This document shows positions 6,834-15,573 of a DNA stretch of 25,040 nucleotides, piece by piece (the stretch's first letter is position 1; every line of letters begins with the position of its first letter). Source of the DNA: Chloroflexota bacterium (GTDB taxonomy: Bacteria > Chloroflexota > Limnocylindria > Limnocylindrales > CSP1-4). Below the pieces are notes generated by a model, which was given only the letters and a program-made list of their open reading frames with translations, was not told the DNA's origin and did no database searches. The translations under genes and the position numbers were made by a program. The stretch lies in NCBI GenBank assembly GCA_027457005.1, contig DAIDTV010000001.1:272-25311 (forward strand), written 5' to 3'.

Positions 6834-7816
6834 GCGGCGACCCCGTGGAACGCGCCCTGGAGCGGTACGCCCGCACCGAGCTCGAGGCTGACCAGGCCTC
6901 GCTCGCCCGGGGGCGCGCAACGATCCTCGCTCGCTTCGACCTCGCCGCCGGCACCTGGAGTCCCGTCACTGACGCCCGAGGCGCCGGCATGCCGGTGGGT
7001 GCCGACGGCGGACCACGCGGGGTCGCCGGTCGTTACTGGCCCTGGTCCGGCGCACGGCCCAGGGTCCGCATGGCCGCGGCACTCGCGGGTGCGGCGCTGC
7101 TGGTCGCGGTCTCGGGCGCGGCCTTCGCGGCGAGCGGGCCAGGCGGGCCGCTCTACACCGCGCGCCTGGACATCGAGGCGATCACCCTGCCCCCCACCGG
7201 CTCGACGGCGTGGTTCAGTGCCGAGACTGGTCGGCTGAGCGCCCGGCTGAGCGAGGCCGAAGGCGCCGCCGCGTCCGACAACGCGAGCGCGGTGGAGGCG
7301 GCGGTCGGCGCGTACCGCACGATCCTCTCGCAGACGATCACGGCGGCGGACACCTCGACCCATGGGGCCGTGCCTCCGGGCCTGACGCGCGCTCTCGACC
7401 GGCACGCGGAACTGTTGTCGTCACTGCTGGCCCGCGCACCCAAGCAGGCCCAGGCCGCGCTGCGCGCGGCGCTCGGCGAACTGCAGGGCGCGGTGGACGC
7501 GTCGGGCTCGCCGTCACTCTCGTCGAAGCCCGGGACGGGGATCACACCGGGCATGACGACGCCCCCGGGCACGGGCAATCCCGGGGCGGCACCCGGACCG
7601 CTACGCACACCGGCGCCCGCTCTCCACGCCCAGCCGCCGAAGAGTCACGGCGGGAAGGGAGCGCAGCCCACTCCCACGCCGACACCCGAGGCGGTGAGCT
7701 GGAAGGCACCGCGGGCGGTTGGCGCGCGAGAGGCGATGGCGCACCGCGGGCGCGGGCTCGGACGGGACCTGGTGCTCGCCGGATTCGAGATCCGCGCCGA
7801 TCAGGGGCCCAGGTAG
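6830..7816 (+). CDS. Putative membrane-anchored anti-sigma factor (DUF5667-like extracytoplasmic domain, Pro-rich tail)
   Basis: ATGA overlap with the sigma stop; one TM segment (AAALAGAALLVAVSGAAFAA); SGPGGPLY resembles the PG(D/S)xLY start of DUF5667; helical Ala-rich region; PTPTPTP tail. The domain assignment is by eye. Confidence 0.7.
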   Translation: MSGDPVERALERYARTELEADQASLARGRATILARFDLAAGTWSPVTDARGAGMPVGADGGPRGVAGRYWPWSGARPRVRMAAALAGAALLVAVSGAAFAASGPGGPLYTARLDIEAITLPPTGSTAWFSAETGRLSARLSEAEGAAASDNASAVEAAVGAYRTILSQTITAADTSTHGAVPPGLTRALDRHAELLSSLLARAPKQAQAALRAALGELQGAVDASGSPSLSSKPGTGITPGMTTPPGTGNPGAAPGPLRTPAPALHAQPPKSHGGKGAQPTPTPTPEAVSWKAPRAVGAREAMAHRGRGLGRDLVLAGFEIRADQGPR

Positions 7817-8940
7817 CGCAGGTACACGACCTTCACCGACCACAGCACGCCGCGGGTCCAGCTCTGGCCGGACAACGCCTCGAAGGTCGCCACGTCCAGG
7901 TCGATCACCCGGTTCGGGAACAGCCGTCGATCGGGCCCGTAGTCGTTGGTCCGGCGGATCACGTACCGCCCGTGCCAGATGATCTCCACCAGCCAGTGGC
8001 CCCGGCGGGGCACGGCGATCAGGCCGGGATAGGCAGGTCCGTAGGTGGAGGCCTGGCCCAGCTCCGGGGCCGGCATCCCCGGGATCGCCCTGACGGGTCC
8101 GTCGAGTCTCCTGACGGCCAGGGAAGGCGCGGTCGCGGCATGCGACGCGGGTTTCGGCGCGGGTTTTGGCGCGGGTTTCGGCGCGGGTTTCGGCGCGGGT
8201 TTCGGAGTCGGGCGTGGCGTCCTGTCGGGCACGTGGCGTGCGGCGGTCGCAGGGGCCGCCGACGGCCCGGGGGACGTGGACGGCCCGCGGGTCGTCGCGG
8301 ACCCCGGCGCGGCGGCAGCAGCGATCCGTGCCTGCGCTGCCAGGCTAAACGGGCTCCGGGCCGCCGACGCGATGGCGCTTGCCGCCGGAGTCCCGGCCCC
8401 GGGGCCGGCCGAGACGGCCGCGAGCACCGCCCCCGTGGGCTGATCCGGGTACGCGAGCGCCTCGTCGACCGCGCGCCCGGGGTACGCCAGCGTGGACGTG
8501 AACGGCGGGAACGGGGCCTGGCGCGGCGCCATTGCCACCGGGGCGTGGGACGAGTCGGCCGGCCGGGCCAGCCCGGGAGCCGTGATGCCGGCCGCCGCCG
8601 GGTGTACCACGAGGATGGTGCTGAGCGCCGCGAACGCGAGGATCAGCCGCGGCGATCCTGCGCGCTGCTTCCCGGGGGCTGCCGGGCGAGCACATGCATG
8701 GCCCAGGCGAGCGGAGGCCCGGCCAAGGCGAGCGGAGGCCCGGCCAAGGCGGTCGGAGGCGATGCGAAGCCGGAGCGATGTGACTCCGGGATGTCGTGAC
8801 TTGGTGCCAAGGCGATGCGAGGCAGCCCCGACGCGCGCAAGGACGCGCTCGAGGTGCGACGCCGCGTTGCCCAGGCGGGTTGGTCTCGTCGCGTCCCCTG
8901 TGCCGGACCCCTCGGGATCGCGGAGAGCAGGAAACCGCAA
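7801..8940 (-). CDS. Membrane-anchored/secreted protein with C-terminal RlpA-like double-psi beta-barrel (DPBB) domain
   Basis: C-terminus GQASTYG...RTNDYGP...RVIDLDVATFEAL...GVLWSVKV follows the RlpA/DPBB pattern (GxASxYG, NDxGP, RxIDL). It also has a hydrophobic segment LILAFAALSTILVV and an Ala/Pro linker. The only canonical in-frame start upstream of that segment is TTG 8940. Confidence 0.72.
   Translation of the reverse strand: MRFPALRDPEGSGTGDATRPTRLGNAASHLERVLARVGAASHRLGTKSRHPGVTSLRLRIASDRLGRASARLGRASARLGHACARPAAPGKQRAGSPRLILAFAALSTILVVHPAAAGITAPGLARPADSSHAPVAMAPRQAPFPPFTSTLAYPGRAVDEALAYPDQPTGAVLAAVSAGPGAGTPAASAIASAARSPFSLAAQARIAAAAAPGSATTRGPSTSPGPSAAPATAARHVPDRTPRPTPKPAPKPAPKPAPKPAPKPASHAATAPSLAVRRLDGPVRAIPGMPAPELGQASTYGPAYPGLIAVPRRGHWLVEIIWHGRYVIRRTNDYGPDRRLFPNRVIDLDVATFEALSGQSWTRGVLWSVKVVYLRYLGP
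8147..8206 (-). repeat. 12-bp coding repeat x5 (PKPA)n
   Basis: GCGGGTTTCGGC-type units at 8147, 8159, 8171, 8183 and 8195. Confidence 0.9.
8705..8767. repeat. 21-bp tandem repeat AGGCGAGCGGAGGCCCGGCCA x2 plus 1 degenerate (LGRASAR on the minus strand)
   Basis: Identical units at 8705-8725 and 8726-8746; degenerate unit at 8747-8767. Confidence 0.85.
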
Positions 8941-9290
8941 CGGACGGATCCGCTGTGGTCGCGTGGTCTTCTCCCATAGCGGGCACCTGCCGCGCGCGGG
9001 TGAGCGCGGCTCCGGTGCCGGGCCGGGGATCGCGGGAGCGAAGACTTGATCCCACGAGTCGACCGGCGGGGGAGACGTGCCCCGAGCGCCGCTCTGCGAC
9101 GCTGTCTCCCGCTGCCGAGCCCGGCCAGCGATGCACGAAACCTGCAGGCGCGTACGTGGCCACAGGTTTGCGGCCCGCGCATCCTACACGGCATCCGCAA
9201 TACGCGCATCCGGACCGGGGTGGCGCAGGACGCATACAGGCCCCGAGACGACAATGCCGGGGTGCATCCGGGCCTCATGACCGTCGGGGC

Positions 9291-10562
9291 GTGATCCGCG
9301 TCCACCGTCCCCGCAACCGCAACCGCAACCTCACCATCGTGATCGCCGCGCGCGTGCTCATGAGCGCGTCCCGCGCGCTCGCCGGCGTGGTGGTGCCCGT
9401 GTACGTGGCCGTGATCGGCTTCAGCGCGCTGCAGCTGGGCGAGCTCGCCGTCGCGGTGGCCCTCGCCACCGCCGTCCTGTCGACCGTCATCGGCCTCGCC
9501 TCGGACCGCATCGGCCGCAAGCCGTTCCTGGTCGTCGTGCCTCTGCTGGCGGCCGTGGCCGGGATGGCGTTCGCGTTCTCGCGCTCCCCGGCCGTGCTGT
9601 TTTTCGCGGCCTCCGTGGGGAGCTTCGGGCGGGGTGCCGGCGCGGGCGCCGGCATGGTGGGGCCGTACCAGCCGGCCGAACAGGCACTGGTGACCGAGAT
9701 CACGCCGCCGGTGCGCCGGAACATCGCGTTCGGGCGGCTCGCGTTCGCATCGAGCGTGGGGGCGCTGATCGGCGGCCCCCTCGCGCTGCTGGCCGGTCAG
9801 GCAGGACCGGGCGGCGAGGCGGCGACCGCGGCATTCCGTGTCCCGTTCCTCGCCACGGCCGTGCTCGCCGCGGCGGCCGGTCTGCTGGCGCTCGGACTCC
9901 GGGAACCCCGGCGGGCACCGTCAACCGACGGGCGTGGCCGGGGGCTGCAGTTGCCGCGGCGCTCGATGCCCCTGCTGATGCGCCTCTGGGCGACCAACAG
10001 CGTCAACGGCCTGGCGGTCGGGATGTTCGGCCCGTTCGTGACCTACTGGTTCTTCCGCCGCTACGGCGTGGGGCCCGGGCAGATCGGCGTGCTCTTCGCC
10101 GTGATCAACGCGGCAACGGCGGCGTCGACCCTGACGGCGGCCGGGTTCGCGCGCCGCTGGGGGCTGGTTCGCACCGTGACCATGGTGCGGGTGATCCAGG
10201 CGGTGCTGCTGGTTCCGATGGTGCTGGCACCCTCGTTCGTGGCGGCCGGCGCCGTGTACCTGGTTCGCATGGTCGTGCAGCGCATCGGCATGCCACTGCG
10301 CCAGTCCTACGTCCTGGCGATGGCCGATCCGGGGGAGCGCGCCGCGGTAGGCGCCCTGTCGAACCTGCCGAGCCAGGCGACCATGGCGGTGGCGCCGCTG
10401 GCGGCGGGCTACCTGTTCGACGAGGTGAGCCTGTCGCTGCCGTTCGTGATCGCCGGGGCCCTGCAGCTGGCGAATGCCGCACTCTACTGGGGGTTCTTTC
10501 GCGGGCTGCCGCCCGAGGAGGAGGTTGCGGCCAGGGCAGCGGCGGCCGCGCGGTCGCCCTGA
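9291..10562 (+). CDS. MFS transporter (12-TMS)
   Basis: Motif A GLASDRIGRKPFL, about 12 hydrophobic segments and the C-terminal-half repeat motif ARRWGLVRT. Start placed at GTG 9291 just before TM1; the upstream part of track ORF 8796 is not protein-like. Confidence 0.9.
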   Translation: MIRVHRPRNRNRNLTIVIAARVLMSASRALAGVVVPVYVAVIGFSALQLGELAVAVALATAVLSTVIGLASDRIGRKPFLVVVPLLAAVAGMAFAFSRSPAVLFFAASVGSFGRGAGAGAGMVGPYQPAEQALVTEITPPVRRNIAFGRLAFASSVGALIGGPLALLAGQAGPGGEAATAAFRVPFLATAVLAAAAGLLALGLREPRRAPSTDGRGRGLQLPRRSMPLLMRLWATNSVNGLAVGMFGPFVTYWFFRRYGVGPGQIGVLFAVINAATAASTLTAAGFARRWGLVRTVTMVRVIQAVLLVPMVLAPSFVAAGAVYLVRMVVQRIGMPLRQSYVLAMADPGERAAVGALSNLPSQATMAVAPLAAGYLFDEVSLSLPFVIAGALQLANAALYWGFFRGLPPEEEVAARAAAAARSP

Positions 10563-10597
10563 CCGCGTTCTCGCTGGACGCGCTGCCTCCTGGTCGC

Positions 10598-10867
10598 CTA
10601 ACCGCGCTCCCGCTGGAGGCGGTGCCTCGTGGTCACCTCGACGCGGCCCCGCTCGTCGGCCGCAGGATGCTCGACCAGCGCGATCAGCCGGCTGGTCATG
10701 AAGCGGCCTGTGCGTACCGGCTGGCCGGTGCGTGTCACCTCGCGCACCTCGACAACCCCGCGGGAGGTCACCACCTCGATCCGACGACCGGCCCGGGTGG
10801 CGACGATCTCGAAGGTCTGGACGCCCTGGCCGGTGTCGACCACGGCCTCGACTCGATCGCCCTTCAC
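10598..10867 (-). CDS. Small hypothetical beta-rich protein (89 aa)
   Basis: Alternating-hydrophobic strand pattern (VEAVVDT, FEIVAT, IEVVTS, VEVREV). GTG 10867 lies 6 nt after TATCGT (10879-10874). Confidence 0.65.
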   Translation of the reverse strand: MKGDRVEAVVDTGQGVQTFEIVATRAGRRIEVVTSRGVVEVREVTRTGQPVRTGRFMTSRLIALVEHPAADERGRVEVTTRHRLQRERG

Positions 10868-10966
10868 GGACCAACGATACTCCGGCGGTGCACGCCGACC
10901 GGCGCGCCGGCCGCCATGGTGGCGTCGATCCGCCCGCCAGCTGCGGTATCATCCGCACGCCTGCGC

Positions 10967-11041
10967 TGGCGAGTGGCCTAACGGTAAGGCACCTGACTCT
11001 GGATCAGGGGATTGAAGGTTCGAATCCTTCCTCGCCAGCCA
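10967..11041 (+). tRNA. tRNA-Gln (anticodon CUG), CCA encoded
   Basis: Acceptor stem TGGCGAG/CTCGCCA, discriminator G and CCA; anticodon arm CCTGA-CTCTGGA-TCAGG (CTG at 10999-11001); T-loop GGTTCGAATCC; candidate -10 TATCAT at 10947-10952. Confidence 0.97.
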
Positions 11042-11180
11042 ACTCCACAAGATGAAGCGCTCGCGAGCCGCTGAACCACCGCATCTTGCGACCTGACGGG
11101 CCCGAACCTCGGTCGGCGAGGAACCGACGAGATGGTTTTGGGCACCTGACTCCCCTGATCCCTGGGCGCCTGGTGGAGCG

Positions 11181-11207
11181 GTACTGTTGATCGAGCAATG
11201 GTACAGT
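11181..11207 (+). promoter_or_regulatory. vapBC promoter -10 with overlapping imperfect inverted repeat (likely autorepression operator)
   Basis: GTACtgTTG-atcgag-CAAtgGTAC (11181-11204) overlaps -10 TACAGT (11202-11207), which lies 7 nt before ATG 11215. Confidence 0.6.
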
Positions 11208-11214
11208 CCGTGCC

Positions 11215-11457
11215 ATGCGAACTACCATTGACAAGGCAGGACGATTGGTCATCCCGCGCGCGCTGAGGAACCGCATCGGACTCGCCGGAGGGGGCGAGGT
11301 CGAGCTGGAGCTCGATGGAGCCGCGGTGCGGATCGAGCCGGTGTCCGGCACCGCGCTCAAGGAGGTCGACGGCCTGCTGGTCATTCCCTCAACCGGCACT
11401 CCGATCACGGGCGAGACGGTACGCGGGCTGATCGATGCCGACCGATTCGGCCGCTGA
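11215..11457 (+). CDS. vapB: AbrB/MazE-type antitoxin (similar to M. tuberculosis VapB27/VapB40 type)
   Basis: MRTTIDKAGRLVIPRALRNRIGL is an AbrB swapped-hairpin N-terminus; 80 aa; overlaps the downstream PIN gene. Confidence 0.92.
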   Translation: MRTTIDKAGRLVIPRALRNRIGLAGGGEVELELDGAAVRIEPVSGTALKEVDGLLVIPSTGTPITGETVRGLIDADRFGR

Positions 11458-11866
11458 GCGCGATGTCGCGCTCCTCGACACGAGCACCGCGATCGCCCTG
11501 ATCGTCGAGGATCACGAGGCCCATGCCGTCACGCTGAAGGCCCTCGGTGGCCGGCCACTCGGGCTCGCCGGTCACGCCTGGTTCGAGACGTACTCGGTCC
11601 TGACCAGGCTCCCCGGCCGACAGCGCAGGTTGCCCGCTGATGCGCACCGACTGCTGGAGCACAACTTCCCCGCGAGCGCCTTTCTCGATGAACAGGAGTC
11701 CGTCGATCTTGGGGGCGAGATCGCACGCCTCGGCGTCTCGGGCGGCTCGGTCTACGACGCGCTCGTCGTGGCGGCCGCGCGACAGCGTGCTCGACGACTG
11801 GTGTCGGCCGACGTGAGTGCACGACCCGTCTACGAGGCGCTCGGTGTCGATCTCGAGGTCATCTAG
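11435..11866 (+). CDS. vapC: PIN-domain ribonuclease toxin (VapC27/VapC40-like)
   Basis: PIN acidic motifs LLDTS, ETYSVLTRLP, GGSVYDALV and SAD; coupled to the antitoxin gene. Confidence 0.92.
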   Translation: MPTDSAAERDVALLDTSTAIALIVEDHEAHAVTLKALGGRPLGLAGHAWFETYSVLTRLPGRQRRLPADAHRLLEHNFPASAFLDEQESVDLGGEIARLGVSGGSVYDALVVAAARQRARRLVSADVSARPVYEALGVDLEVI

Positions 11867-11882
11867 GGAGAGGGAAACGTCG

Positions 11883-12032
11883 ATGCAGCTGGTGCGGCTT
11901 CCGGTCTGGCTGTACGCCGTGATCGGCATCGTCATCCTGGCCGTGGGCCTCGTGGCCGGACGGCTGCCGCTGGCCGCCGCCGGCGTCGTCGTGCTCGCCG
12001 CGGGGATCCTCCGGTACGTCGCGTCGCGCTGA
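11883..12032 (+). CDS. Small two-helix membrane protein (49 aa)
   Basis: MQLVRLPVWLYAVIGIVILAVGLVAGRLPLAAAGVVVLAAGILRYVASR; purine-rich SD-like GGGAGAGGG upstream of ATG 11883. Confidence 0.6.
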   Translation: MQLVRLPVWLYAVIGIVILAVGLVAGRLPLAAAGVVVLAAGILRYVASR

Positions 12033-12050
12033 TGGCATAACCCGGCCCTG

Positions 12051-12059
12051 TGTTAGCCT
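12051..12059 (+). promoter_or_regulatory. Extended -10 (TGT-TAGCCT) upstream of glnS
   Basis: TGn plus TANNNT about 50 nt before the glnS start. Confidence 0.5.
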
Positions 12060-12110
12060 CGGTCGTGTGGCCACGACGGTGAGGACGCCGGTCGCGCCCC
12101 GCCGCGATCG

Positions 12111-13820
<1,710 letters not shown>

Positions 13821-13857
13821 CGTCCGCTCGGCCCATTCCATCCATCCCCGTCGCGCA

Positions 13858-13889
13858 CGGTCGGCTCCGCAGGCAGGCAACGCCGACCG
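13858..13889. terminator. GC hairpin between convergent glnS and PRC-like genes (possible terminator)
   Basis: CGGTCGGC (13858-13865) / GCCGACCG (13882-13889); no U-tract. Confidence 0.35.
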
Positions 13890-14002
13890 CCTCGCGCCCG
13901 AAAGGAGCGTCCCGTGGCAACCACCGCTGGCGACGAGCGTCGCGACGTTCCTCGACGAGGCGTAGGGCCCGCGCGACCGTGGCCGCACGGCGCTCGCCCG
14001 GG

Positions 14003-14353
14003 TCAGCCGGGTTCCTCGTCGCTCCTGGAATCCTTCTCCCACCCGAGGTGCTTGCGAAGCCAGCCGACCGAGGCGAGGTGGTACGTGGCTTCCTCGTCGT
14101 ACGTTTGAAGGGCCTCGATGTCCGAGCGCGTGAGGGCGACCTGCACCGCATCCGGGCCCATGCTCGCGACCTCGTCCACGGAGACCATCACGTCCCGATG
14201 GCGGCCGGCGAGCGCGACCCGGAGGCCGTGGAAGATGTCGTCGGCGTCGTCCCCGAGCACCTCGTGGACCCGGCCCACCGGCTCGTTGTCGCGCGAGATG
14301 ACCGGCGTCCCGTAGACAATCGAACGCCACGAAATCGGCTGGTTCTCCGACAC
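14003..14353 (-). CDS. PRC-barrel/DUF2171-like small protein (116 aa)
   Basis: SD GAGGAG 6 nt before GTG 14353; GTPVISRDNEPVGRVHEVLGD fits the PRC-barrel G..V...DG..VG.V pattern. It is the last 116 aa of track ORF 14003..15451. Confidence 0.75.
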   Translation of the reverse strand: MSENQPISWRSIVYGTPVISRDNEPVGRVHEVLGDDADDIFHGLRVALAGRHRDVMVSVDEVASMGPDAVQVALTRSDIEALQTYDEEATYHLASVGWLRKHLGWEKDSRSDEEPG

Positions 14354-14427
14354 GGCGGTCTCCTCGAGTCGTCCTCTGCGCCCAACGCCGGCCATCGTAG
14401 TCCGGCCGGGCGAACGGCTGCGCGGAC

Positions 14428-14646
14428 TCAGCCTCGAGCCGTTCCGCCCCCCGCGACGAGAGCGTCCAGGAGCCGGCGGGAGGACGTCGTGATCTCGGCC
14501 ACGCAGGCGTCGAAGGCGTCGCGGTTGGCGCGCGAGGGCACGCGGTACCCGCTCACCTTGCGCACGAACTGGAGCGCGGCCGCACGGACCTCGTCGTCGG
14601 TGGCACGCGCGTCCGGGCGGCGCAACGTCCTGATGCTGCGGCACAT
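14428..14646 (-). CDS. DUF2277-family protein
   Basis: MCRSIRTLR...ATDDEVRAAALQFVRKVSGY...ANRDAFD is the family signature. ATG lies 6 nt after TAGGGT. Confidence 0.9.
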   Translation of the reverse strand: MCRSIRTLRRPDARATDDEVRAAALQFVRKVSGYRVPSRANRDAFDACVAEITTSSRRLLDALVAGGGTARG

Positions 14647-14655
14647 GGTGGCACC

Positions 14656-15444
14656 CTACTCCGCGGCCGCGGGCTCGGACATCGAGATGAGCCCGAAGGC
14701 CGCGCCCTGCGGGTCGCGCAGGATCGCCAGGCGCCCGCCCGGGTAGTCGCGCGGACCGAGCATCTCGTGTGCGCCCGCATCGATCGCCGCGTGGAACGAG
14801 CGCTCCACGTCGGCCACGGCGAAGTAGGCCAGCCAGTGGCTGGGCACCTCGCCGGGGACCATCGGGTTCATCTCCATGCCGCCGGCGATGCTCCGGCCGC
14901 CGAGCTGGAACTCCGTGTAGGACGGCATCCCGGGCCCCGTGTCGCGAGTCTGGGGAGTCCATCCGAAGACGTCGCGGTAGAACGGGACGGCCCGCTCGAG
15001 GCCGCGCGCGTTGAGCTCGGCCCAGCCGAACGTGTTCGGCACGCCCGCGTGGAAGCCGCCCATCGCCTTCGGCTGCCAGGCCGAGATGAAGGCCCCGGCC
15101 GGGTCCTGGAACACCGTCATGCGCCCCGCGTCGCCGACATCGAACGGCGGCGCGACGACCCTGCCGCCGGCCGCCTGCACCTGCCGGACCAGCGCCTCCG
15201 CGTCGGGAGTGCCGAGGTAGACCATCCAGGCCGTGGGAGCGTCGGGCGCCATCGTGGGCCCGATCCCGGCGACGTCCTGCTCGCCGATCCTCGCCATCGC
15301 GTAGCCACCGTACCGGGGATCCGGCGAGACCACCACGTCCCAGCCGAAGACCCGCGAGTAGAACGCGTGCGAGGCAGCCGGATCGGCGCTCGAGAGGTCG
15401 ACCCAGACCGGCCTGTTCACCTCCGCCGCCGTCAAGTCCGCCAT
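14656..15444 (-). CDS. Two-domain VOC (glyoxalase/bleomycin-resistance) family protein
   Basis: Two VOC repeats (PVWVDL...FYSRVFGW; FGWAEL...FYRDVFGW) each ending in a DPxGA motif. Own SD-like AAGGGGG before ATG 15444 and extended -10 TGT-TACGAT at 15522-15514. Confidence 0.93.
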   Translation of the reverse strand: MADLTAAEVNRPVWVDLSSADPAASHAFYSRVFGWDVVVSPDPRYGGYAMARIGEQDVAGIGPTMAPDAPTAWMVYLGTPDAEALVRQVQAAGGRVVAPPFDVGDAGRMTVFQDPAGAFISAWQPKAMGGFHAGVPNTFGWAELNARGLERAVPFYRDVFGWTPQTRDTGPGMPSYTEFQLGGRSIAGGMEMNPMVPGEVPSHWLAYFAVADVERSFHAAIDAGAHEMLGPRDYPGGRLAILRDPQGAAFGLISMSEPAAAE

Positions 15445-15573
15445 GTCGCACCCCCTTTGCGCTTGTTCGTCGGACGTCCCGCCCGGCCGCGACGGGCCGA
15501 TCGGTAGCCGGTCATCGTAACAGCGTGGGGTGGGGGTACCTGGCCGGCAGGGCACCCCTTCCGGACCAGGAGG

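Noticed and set aside
8940-9290. c-di-AMP (ydaO) or c-di-GMP-I riboswitch
   Set aside because: The GCAAACC start is suggestive, but the other conserved elements of these families are not visible; kept only as an unclassified structured leader.
9311-9328. (CCGCAA)x3 microsatellite at the MFS 5' end as a phase-variation tract
   Set aside because: The unit is a multiple of 3 and only three copies are present; slippage would not shift the frame.
11042-12110. Intact integrative element at tRNA-Gln
   Set aside because: No integrase and no duplicated tRNA 3' end in the window; only the short anticodon-arm fragments reported as a finding.
13901-14108. 64-aa ORF with a strong SD (AAAGGAG) before GTG 13914
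   Set aside because: Low-complexity translation that overlaps the opposite-strand PRC-like gene by over 100 bp; GAAAGG can be explained by a GAAA-loop hairpin. Not excluded without Ribo-seq.
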